A stretch of DNA of 64,000 nucleotides from Bacteroidia bacterium (GTDB lineage: Bacteria > Bacteroidota > Bacteroidia > Chitinophagales > Saprospiraceae). Numbering within the stretch: the first letter of the stretch is position 1; each line of letters begins with the position of its first letter. The notes beneath the pieces are model-generated. The model saw only the letters and a program-made list of their open reading frames with translations. It did not search any database and was not told the origin of the DNA. Made by a program: the position numbers and the translations under genes. The stretch is taken from positions 3,545 through 67,544 of the forward strand of contig JAUIKE010000001.1 of NCBI GenBank assembly GCA_030430845.1. The letters are read 5' to 3'. Positions 10,220 to 17,734 of the stretch are shown piece after piece.

Positions 10220-10250
10220 AAATCGTAAGCGCTGGTGGCGCTTACGATTT
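10220..10250 (-). promoter_or_regulatory. intercistronic stem-loop between the caspase-like gene and the NACHT gene
   Basis: Perfect 13-bp stem aaatcgtaagcgc / gcgcttacgattt with a 5-nt loop. It fills most of the 55-nt gap. On the minus strand only 4 T follow it, so it is a weak terminator at best. Confidence 0.5.
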
Positions 10251-10257
10251 CTATAAA

Positions 10258-11730
10258 TTACTTAAACCATTCCCCGACTTTTCCAGCGATCTTCTTCAAA
10301 GCCACGGCGGCACCTGCAGGCGGGTTGATGATCGTGGCAGAGATGGTTTCCAGGATATCAGGGGCATTCTCTTTTAGGGTTCCGATCCATCTTTTGAGCT
10401 TGCTTTCCTTAGGCTCGGGCTTTTGGATCTCTTGTTCGATTTTTTCGACGGTTTCCTTTAATTCTTCCCGGTCGATGTCTTCATGATCTTCGGGCCACTG
10501 CTCGACCTTGGCATAGGCTTGCTGGAAGATCTGCGCCAGCACATCTCCCGAAACGCCCTCGGTGATGGTGTTGCCCTGACCGCCCAACTGCACATTGTGG
10601 CCGCTGATATCTCCGGTTTCAAACTTATCTCCTCCGACATGATCTCCTATAGTAAAGTCTCCACCGCCCGTATTCACTCCTTCTATCATGTGGCCTCCAG
10701 AGGTTTTGCTATTATCTGTTGTAGAATTATCGGTCAGATCTCCGCCGGCCACTTTATTATGATCTCCTGCGACATTAATGTTCAGGATCTGCTCTACAGA
10801 AGGCGGCTCCTCTCCTTCCGGGATACCTTCTCCGCCCATCAGCATGGAGATATCGAATAGCTTGCCGTCGAAGCCAAAGTCGGGCTCCTGATTGGCATTG
10901 TGGAGTTCCATAGTGGTTCCGGGAACTTTGGAGCCTACATAGCTCATCACATCAAACACATTCACCATGGTCGGTTCGCCGGCTTCGGCGCGCTTGCCGT
11001 GTCCGTTCAGGGCTTCGATGAGGTGGTAGGTAAAGACGCTCATGCCCAGTCTTTCATGCAGGTAAGAGAGCTGATGCCCTTGCGAGGAGGTCAGGACGGC
11101 GCGGGAGGGCTTTTTGGGATCGGGCTCTTCTTCGCCGTTGCCACCGCCGGGTTTAGAGCCTGAAGAGCTACTACCATCTTCCTTGTTTTTTACTATTTTT
11201 GCTCCGCTTACACCAAATGCTTCCAGATTGGCTGCATGGACAGTGAAGCCTTCCGGTCCATCCGATTGACCTCCGCCGGCGGTAGTGCCTCCTGCATAGC
11301 AGCTATCCATTATCAACAATAGCCGTTGAGCCTTAATCTGATCAATTTTTTTAGCGAATTCGCTGTCTTCCAAAGCAGTATCTTCTGGAATTAGCAAGTC
11401 AAAGTCATAGGGTACTAGATAATATTTTTCGGTTTCTGAGTTTAAATAGCCATGTCCTGAAAAATAAACTAAAACTGTAGAATCAGTCTGGTTCTTAGTT
11501 TTTTCACTTAACAGTTTCAGTTCACGAAGGATATTCTTTAAAGTTGCTTCCGTTCCTGTCAGCACAACCACATTCTCTGATTGATATCCACATTTTGCAG
11601 GATCAATCAAGACTTCTTTAAGCCGAATAACATCTGTGGCTGTCTCTGGCAAGGCTGGCGCGTCGGCCGTATTTTCCTGATCGCTGACGCCGATCAGCAA
11701 AGCATATCCTTTTTCAAATGTATTGCTCAT
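10258..11730 (-). CDS. caspase-like (peptidase C14 family) protease with C-terminal Gly/Asp-rich motif and helical tail
   Basis: The caspase/metacaspase catalytic dyad context is intact: VLVYFSGH(93)GY and LLLIMDSC(144)YAGG, followed downstream by AVLTSSQGHQLSY. A Gly/Ser/acidic linker covers aa 146-205. The motif covers aa 311-404. The C-terminal 85 aa are charged and helical in character. Confidence 0.85.
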   Translation of the reverse strand: MSNTFEKGYALLIGVSDQENTADAPALPETATDVIRLKEVLIDPAKCGYQSENVVVLTGTEATLKNILRELKLLSEKTKNQTDSTVLVYFSGHGYLNSETEKYYLVPYDFDLLIPEDTALEDSEFAKKIDQIKAQRLLLIMDSCYAGGTTAGGGQSDGPEGFTVHAANLEAFGVSGAKIVKNKEDGSSSSGSKPGGGNGEEEPDPKKPSRAVLTSSQGHQLSYLHERLGMSVFTYHLIEALNGHGKRAEAGEPTMVNVFDVMSYVGSKVPGTTMELHNANQEPDFGFDGKLFDISMLMGGEGIPEGEEPPSVEQILNINVAGDHNKVAGGDLTDNSTTDNSKTSGGHMIEGVNTGGGDFTIGDHVGGDKFETGDISGHNVQLGGQGNTITEGVSGDVLAQIFQQAYAKVEQWPEDHEDIDREELKETVEKIEQEIQKPEPKESKLKRWIGTLKENAPDILETISATIINPPAGAAVALKKIAGKVGEWFK

Positions 11731-11758
11731 TTCTTTTGAATTTGGAGGTTTATAAGTG

Positions 11759-13942
11759 TTATGAAAATAGTTTAGATTTTTCGTCCCGGAGTTTGAAAGG
11801 CAAACGGATGATTACCCTGGTTCCCATACCTTCTCCATTGGTATCTTTTAGATCAATAATTTCGATTCGGGATCCTTTAATGTTACCTGATGCCTTCAGA
11901 CGTTCCTCTGTGATCTTCATTCCGTGGGACTGGTGTTTGAAAACGGAATTAGCTTTCATTTCTCTCGACCTTTCCCGTCCGATCCCGTCATCTTCGATGA
12001 TGCAGACCAGTTTTTTATCGTTCCTTTCAATTTTGATGGATACTTGTCCTTTGCCCTCTTTGGGTTTAATCCCGTGCCAGATGGCATTTTCTACATAGGG
12101 CTGTAGGATCATGGCGGGTACTTCGATCCGGTCGGTTTGTAAGCCTTCCGAAACGGCGATATCGTAGTGCAGCTTATCCTGAAACCGTAGTTGCTCAAGG
12201 TCCAGAAAGTTTTTAATGGTTTTCAGTTCATCTGTCAAACTGATATTTGGCGCTCGGGAGCTGTTAAGGATTTGTCGGTTTAATCTCGAGAATTTGATCA
12301 GGTATTTGGAAGCCGCTTCCTTATTCCCTCGATTGATCAGGCTTTCGATAGCATTGAGACTGTTGGAAATAAAATGGGGGTTGATTTGGGCTCTTAGGGC
12401 TTCCATTTGAGATTTTAATCTTTTCTGCTCGGCTCTTTGTAGGAAAAGAAGGAAAATTAGACCGGCTACAGACAATACACCCAGGCTAATCAATAATAAC
12501 TCCCTTCTCTTCCGGGCACTGGTCCGGTCATTTTCCAATCTTTCCATTTCCCGTACCCGGTAATTTGCCTCGGTAAGATTACGTGTCATTAAGTCAGCAA
12601 CTTTTTTGTAGCTTTTTGCAACATACTCTATAACATCTCCCCCAAAAATTTCATCACAATTGCCTTGCCCCTCCAATTGTTTGTCGATGCAATTTGCCAA
12701 AATATTATATGAGAGATAATCCATCATTGAAAGCACACCTTTCTCCTTTGCATCCTGGAGCGCCTTCTTATAAAAAACCAGAGCACTATCTATATAAACG
12801 TAAGCCTGATCATAATAGAAACTCGCTGAGTCTGAGTTCTCGAACTTAATGGACTTAAGATATTCGACATACGCACGTTCCGAATAGGTAATCCCTAGCC
12901 GGCCATAACTATGATATAAATCTTCATTTTGGATGGCTATTCGGTCATGAAGCACTTTTACAGCCTTTGAAAACAGGTCATTATCTCCAATTAGAAGATA
13001 TTGCCCAATTAAGGATTTGCTTTGGATTCTGTAAACCTCATTCAACAAGTCATTCTTTCTTTTAAGACTAGCCGTTGAGAAGCTTAAATCTAGCAATGAA
13101 TCAGCCTTATTATACTTCTCTTCATTTACCCAAAGCATGGCTTCATGTGCATTTAGCCTTGCTAAGCCTATTTCATTTTTGCATCGTATGTAATTTTTTC
13201 TACTTTCCCCATAATACTTTCTTGCAATCTCAACGTCCTCATTTTCAAAGGAAACACCTATATCATGTTGGATTTCTGCCACTAGATACAACGAATCTAT
13301 TTCCTCTAATCCAGAAGTTTTTAATGTTTCCAATGCTTTTTGGAAATATCCCCTAGCTGTATCCAGCTTCAAAGGCCTATCTTCCTCATACTGTCTATAG
13401 TGAATAATCCCAATCAAATCATATACCCTCACCAACCACTTCTTCTCACCTAATCGATCAAACAATAAGCGACTCATCTCCGCATCTACCAGAGCATCCT
13501 CGATTCCTCCGCCCCAAATTTGTAATCGCCGCTTCATTAGGGCGATGTAATACAGGCTAATCGCCCGTTGCAGGTCCCAGTTTTGATCAGTGGCCAGGTC
13601 ATAGGCCTGTTCGGCATAGAACAGGGCCACACCCGGGTCAAAGCCTTTTAAGCGGTCGGTCATTACCAGGAGGCTGTCTACTTGCCTGGCTTTCTTGGGC
13701 AGCTTGAGAACTGCCTCCATTACCGAGACGGTATCCACTAGGTCTTCCAGATCTTCGGTAGCGTAGTCCACTTGTCGGAAGAGCTCGTCGTCTATCCTGG
13801 GTTGTGGCTGGCAGGAGCAGAGCAAGATGAATAAAAGAAGGTAAAGCAGTTTCAACAAAAGCCCGATACGCTTGTAGCAATCGTTCACTGGAGTAATTGC
13901 GGTGGTGTGATCATATACTTGCGTAGGTGCTTCCTTGGGCAT
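11759..13942 (-). CDS. sensor histidine kinase, TPR-like N-terminal region plus LytS/YehU-type kinase core
   Basis: Lipobox-like N-terminus (LLFILLCSCQ), a long helical-repeat region and a TM segment LLLISLGVLSVAGLIFLLFL. The His_kinase motif INPHFISNSLNAIESL and HATPase_c motifs (YVENAIWHG, EDDGIG, GMGTRV) follow. No response regulator is nearby. Confidence 0.85.
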   Translation of the reverse strand: MPKEAPTQVYDHTTAITPVNDCYKRIGLLLKLLYLLLFILLCSCQPQPRIDDELFRQVDYATEDLEDLVDTVSVMEAVLKLPKKARQVDSLLVMTDRLKGFDPGVALFYAEQAYDLATDQNWDLQRAISLYYIALMKRRLQIWGGGIEDALVDAEMSRLLFDRLGEKKWLVRVYDLIGIIHYRQYEEDRPLKLDTARGYFQKALETLKTSGLEEIDSLYLVAEIQHDIGVSFENEDVEIARKYYGESRKNYIRCKNEIGLARLNAHEAMLWVNEEKYNKADSLLDLSFSTASLKRKNDLLNEVYRIQSKSLIGQYLLIGDNDLFSKAVKVLHDRIAIQNEDLYHSYGRLGITYSERAYVEYLKSIKFENSDSASFYYDQAYVYIDSALVFYKKALQDAKEKGVLSMMDYLSYNILANCIDKQLEGQGNCDEIFGGDVIEYVAKSYKKVADLMTRNLTEANYRVREMERLENDRTSARKRRELLLISLGVLSVAGLIFLLFLQRAEQKRLKSQMEALRAQINPHFISNSLNAIESLINRGNKEAASKYLIKFSRLNRQILNSSRAPNISLTDELKTIKNFLDLEQLRFQDKLHYDIAVSEGLQTDRIEVPAMILQPYVENAIWHGIKPKEGKGQVSIKIERNDKKLVCIIEDDGIGRERSREMKANSVFKHQSHGMKITEERLKASGNIKGSRIEIIDLKDTNGEGMGTRVIIRLPFKLRDEKSKLFS

Positions 13943-14107
13943 GGGTGGCGATTTTCTTAAAAATAGTAATTCATCTAATTTTTTCTAATCTTTCGTTTAA
14001 AAACATACTTAAATGTATTACATATATTTTAAAGAAAAGGCGTGGTTGTGGTAAGTGGTAAAGATTGGGTGGTAGGTGGGGAGGATTAGCGGGTAAGTGG
14101 AGAAGTT

Positions 14108-14296
14108 GACACTGGGGGCACTGTTTTTTTTGGACACTGGGGACACTGGGACCACTAGGGGCGCTGTTTTTTTTGGACACTGGGGACACTGGGACCACTG
14201 GGGGCACTGTTTCTTTTTTTGGACACTGGGAACACTGGGACCACTAGGGGCGCTGTTTTTTTTGGACACTGGGAACGCTGAGAACACTAGGGGGTT
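14108..14296. repeat. tandem repeat, about 4.5 copies of a 43-46 bp unit, in a divergent intergenic region
   Basis: Units at 14132-14174, 14175-14220 and 14221-14263, with partial copies at both ends. Consensus: GGACACTGGGRACACTGGGACCACTRGGGGCRCTG followed by a T8-10 tract. Each unit contains 9-bp sub-repeats (GGACACTGG / GGACACTGG / GACCACTAG). Confidence 0.9.
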
Positions 14297-14388
14297 GAGG
14301 GGGAAAGGGAAGTCAAAATTTCAGGATGTCAGTTAATTTTTATAAATTATGCTATTCATCAATTTTCTAATCTCAAAAACCAGATTAC

Positions 14389-14598
14389 ATGGCTATTGTA
14401 AAAGTAATTGAAGTCATTGCTTCCTCAGAAAAAGGCATTGAAGACGCCGTTGAAAAAGCGGTCAAAGAAGTCAGCAAAACCGTCCGTAATATTGATTCGG
14501 TGTATGTCAAAGACATCAAAGCCCATGTGAAGGATGGGAAGATCAGTACTTATGGAGTCATCTGCAATGTTTCCTTTAGGGTTCAGGATGACGATTAA
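14389..14598 (+). CDS. dodecin family flavin-binding protein
   Basis: The 69-aa protein MAIVKVIEVIASSEKGIEDAVEKAV...KISTYGVICNVSFRV matches the dodecin pattern: a beta strand, the SSE(K/E)G motif, a helix, then two strands. Confidence 0.8.
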   Translation: MAIVKVIEVIASSEKGIEDAVEKAVKEVSKTVRNIDSVYVKDIKAHVKDGKISTYGVICNVSFRVQDDD

Positions 14599-14602
14599 AA
14601 AT

Positions 14603-14638
14603 AAAGAAGGCGACCGAGTGGTCGCCTTCTTTATTTTA
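14603..14638. terminator. bidirectional intrinsic terminator between convergent genes
   Basis: 10-bp GC-rich stem gaaggcgacc / ggtcgccttc with loop gagt. It is flanked by an A-run upstream and tttatttt downstream. Confidence 0.75.
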
Positions 14639-15670
14639 ATTTTTTCTTCGCTTTACCGTTGTTTTCTTTTTGGCTCCTGCTGCCCTTTTATTCCCACTTT
14701 TTCCTCTCACCTTGGTAGTGGAAGTTTTTGCCTTAGCAGTTCCTTTCTTTCCACTGGCTTTAGCACTCTTCGTCGTTCGTGTACCCTGGATTTTCTTGTT
14801 ACCATTTTTACCCTGAACGGTAGTAGTTGATTTACGAACGGTAGCGGACTTATTGCCCTTAGTGACAGTAGCAGTTTTGGTATTGCGAGTCACATTAACC
14901 TTCTTATCTGCCCGGTATTTGGTAATGGAAGCGGAATGACGGGTTTTGACCGTCACGGAATGCGTGCGACGAGGCGTATAAACACGATGAGCTCTTACCA
15001 CTCTGTGGGTTGTCACCACATGGTAGTTACGAGGGTACCATACTCGTTTAACAGAGAACCAACCAAACGGACGAGGCTTCCAGGGACGCCACCATCTGGG
15101 ATAATAGCCCCAATAGTAAGGAGACCTATACACCACATAGCCAGGCCTGTATAGGTAACGGACGCTCGGCCAAAAGTATACATTGACCACTACGCGGACA
15201 TAATCATCCATTTGCGCACCACCGTGGCCGCCCCCATTTCCTTCTTCTTCAAAAGGTTCGACAATCTTGGATTCTCCAAAAATATCTTCATCTCCAAGGA
15301 TTTGGAGAATGGCTGATTCGGCGCCGTTTTTCTCGATTTCGATCACTGCGATATCCTGGGATTCTTTTTCAGAAATGACGGCTTGCAGTACAAGGGCATG
15401 AGCATCCCCATCCGCATTATCGATGACACGGATATAATCGATATCTCCATCTTCATTCAAGTCCAGGTTGTTGACGATCTTATCTTCGGTATTCAGTGAT
15501 TTTTCAAAATCTTCGAGTGACCCAGATTTCTTAAACAATTCCAGTGCTCCTTCCAGGCTAAAACCATCGCCCGGTAAGCCTGTGGCTTCTTGTTGAGATT
15601 GACCGAAAGCAAGGGCAAAAGAGCTTAGGAAAAAAATAAGGGTGAAGGAAAAAAGATGCAAAGTTTTCAT
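14636..15670 (-). CDS. secreted hypothetical protein with EF-hand-like loop and Lys/Thr-rich basic tail
   Basis: Signal peptide MKTLHLFSFTLIFFLSSFALAFGQ. Calcium-loop-like DLNEDGDIDYIR. Aromatic/Arg-rich middle (YYWGYYPRWWRPWKPRPFGW). C-terminal ~110 aa are K/T/A/G-rich and low in complexity. Confidence 0.7.
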   Translation of the reverse strand: MKTLHLFSFTLIFFLSSFALAFGQSQQEATGLPGDGFSLEGALELFKKSGSLEDFEKSLNTEDKIVNNLDLNEDGDIDYIRVIDNADGDAHALVLQAVISEKESQDIAVIEIEKNGAESAILQILGDEDIFGESKIVEPFEEEGNGGGHGGAQMDDYVRVVVNVYFWPSVRYLYRPGYVVYRSPYYWGYYPRWWRPWKPRPFGWFSVKRVWYPRNYHVVTTHRVVRAHRVYTPRRTHSVTVKTRHSASITKYRADKKVNVTRNTKTATVTKGNKSATVRKSTTTVQGKNGNKKIQGTRTTKSAKASGKKGTAKAKTSTTKVRGKSGNKRAAGAKKKTTVKRRKN

Positions 15671-15912
15671 GTTTGATTTTTTTTCATTTTAGACTATCAG
15701 AAAACTTATTGGTTTAATTCGATTCATTTTTTTTATACATAATTACAAAAATCTGGAATTTTTTTTCGTTTTTGACATCTAATTACGAATTATATTAGCC
15801 TTATCAGACCTAAGCATTAAAAAATATTAAAATCCACCCGCCGAAGATGGGATGATTTTCTATTACTTTTTAATATCGGAGCTAAAAAGGCCGAACACAT
15901 ACTACAAAACTC

Positions 15913-16785
15913 ATGGAAGCAAATTTTTTGACGACTGTATTACTGCCTGGTTCTCTATTTATTATCATGCTCGGAATGGGTTTGTCTTTGAGTATTGATG
16001 ACTTCAAAAGAGTGGTTCAATATCCCAAAGGAGTCATGGTAGGTTTATTCAATCAAATGATCCTGCTCCCCATCATTGGGCTGTTACTAGCCATTACATT
16101 TAAGCTCTCTCCTACTATGGCAGTTGGATTGATGATCCTGTCGGCCTGCCCGGGAGGAACAACCAGTAACTTGATCACGCACGTCGCCAAAGGAGATACC
16201 GCCCTGTCTATTAGTCTGACCGCCATTGCCAGTTTTATTACGGTTTTCACGATACCCTTGATCACGAACTTTGGTCTGAATTTCTTTTTAGAAGAATCGT
16301 CCAGGATCAGTCTGCCATTTTTAAAGACTATTGCTCAGATAGTTGGTATCACCGTATTGCCTGTATCTATCGGCATGATCATCAGGAAACGCAACAAAAA
16401 TTTTGCCGACCGGATGGAGAGGCCCGCCCGCATTGCTTCCACCATTATTTTTGTAACGATTCTCATGCTCATCGTTGTGAGCAATTGGACTATGCTGATT
16501 ACTACCATCCAGCAAATAGGCCTGGTTTGTTTTGTCTTGAATGCGGCTACTATGCTCACCGGTTATCTGGCCGCCAGGTTATTTAACTTTGAGTTAAAAC
16601 AAGCTTTGTCCGTAATAATAGAAAGTGGCATACAAAACGGCACCCTGGCGATTGTGGTGGCCAGTTCTATATTGCTACAGCCCGAGATGGCTATTCCGGC
16701 TGCTATTTATTCCGTGTTTATGTTTTTATCGGGGGGCCTGATCATGTTTGTTTTTGGAAGGCGTAAGGCACCGGCACTGGCCTAA
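15913..16785 (+). CDS. bile acid:sodium symporter (BASS/SBF) family transporter
   Basis: About 9-10 hydrophobic helices and the family-typical SACPGGTTSN motif. Confidence 0.85.
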   Translation: MEANFLTTVLLPGSLFIIMLGMGLSLSIDDFKRVVQYPKGVMVGLFNQMILLPIIGLLLAITFKLSPTMAVGLMILSACPGGTTSNLITHVAKGDTALSISLTAIASFITVFTIPLITNFGLNFFLEESSRISLPFLKTIAQIVGITVLPVSIGMIIRKRNKNFADRMERPARIASTIIFVTILMLIVVSNWTMLITTIQQIGLVCFVLNAATMLTGYLAARLFNFELKQALSVIIESGIQNGTLAIVVASSILLQPEMAIPAAIYSVFMFLSGGLIMFVFGRRKAPALA

Positions 16786-17048
16786 ACAGCCTAAATAAGG
16801 CATCTGGTTTTCTATAATTCAGTCGATTTTAAAAAAAATAAAATTAAATTAGGTATATTAGGATAACACTATTTTTTATTCCCCAAAAACATGGTTATTG
16901 TGAAATATTATTTTCATAAAAAAATGCAATAGGTAAATCAACAGGAGCCTCGCAAAAAACACATCCACTACAGATTAAAGAAAGGTACCCCAGGCAAGAG
17001 ACAGAACTTAATACAATCCATATTCATTACCTTATCTCCCATTGATTT

Positions 17049-17636
17049 ATGAAAAGTAAAACCGATAAAAAAGAGAAAAAATGGATTAAAAAGCTGGCCA
17101 AAGGAGATGAACGGGCTTTTCAAAAGATATATGAAAAGCATTGGGAGCAATTATATCTGGCTGCCTACAAAAGACTAGACTCCTCAACAATTGCCGAGGA
17201 ATTGGTCCAGGATCTTTTTATGGACCTTTGGACCAAAAGAGCTTCTGTCAATATAAGAAGCTCGCTTGGTGCCTATCTCGCCGGTGCCCTAAAATATCGA
17301 ATACTAGACCATATGAGGCACCAGCTTGTAAGGGAAAAATACATCCGCCACCTTACTCAGTATTACATTACTGAAAAAAATGAGGTACTGGAAAATATCT
17401 ATTCACAAGATTTGCAAGAACAACTGCAACTTGCCGAAAATCAGCTTCCTCCACGCTGCTATACCATTTATCAATTAAGCAGAAAGCATCACTTCAGCAA
17501 TAGAGAAATTGCGGAGCATCTGGAGATTTCCACTAAGACCGTCGAAAACCAGATCACCAAAGCTTTGCGGATGCTGCGCACCCATCTGACAAAGGTGTCT
17601 ACCCTATTCTCTTTAATAGGAATGCACTGGTTCTAG
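17049..17636 (+). CDS. ECF-type RNA polymerase sigma-70 factor
   Basis: Sigma-70 region 2 (FQKIYEKHWEQLYLAAYKRL ... DLFMDLW) and a region 4 HTH (FSNREIAEHLEISTKTVENQITKAL). It immediately precedes the FecR-like gene. Confidence 0.9.
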   Translation: MKSKTDKKEKKWIKKLAKGDERAFQKIYEKHWEQLYLAAYKRLDSSTIAEELVQDLFMDLWTKRASVNIRSSLGAYLAGALKYRILDHMRHQLVREKYIRHLTQYYITEKNEVLENIYSQDLQEQLQLAENQLPPRCYTIYQLSRKHHFSNREIAEHLEISTKTVENQITKALRMLRTHLTKVSTLFSLIGMHWF

Positions 17637-17734
17637 AAAGACAAAAACACATTTTTTCATTTTTTTTTACTTCTGCATAGGGGTACGCCCCTATTTAGCC
17701 GACTATTTAATAAACCATACAAACAAAGTTCTTC

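Noticed and set aside
14108-14296. Possible CRISPR array.
   Set aside because: The repeat units are directly contiguous with no unique spacers. The units are degenerate and T-tract-terminated, and no cas genes are present in the window.
13971-14336. Three overlapping ORFs (78, 89 and 79 aa, both strands) with repetitive PSGPSVPSVQKK / GHWGHWDHWGH translations.
   Set aside because: They are simply translations of the 43-46 bp tandem repeat and G-rich tract. They overlap one another in several frames and have no plausible start context or coding composition.
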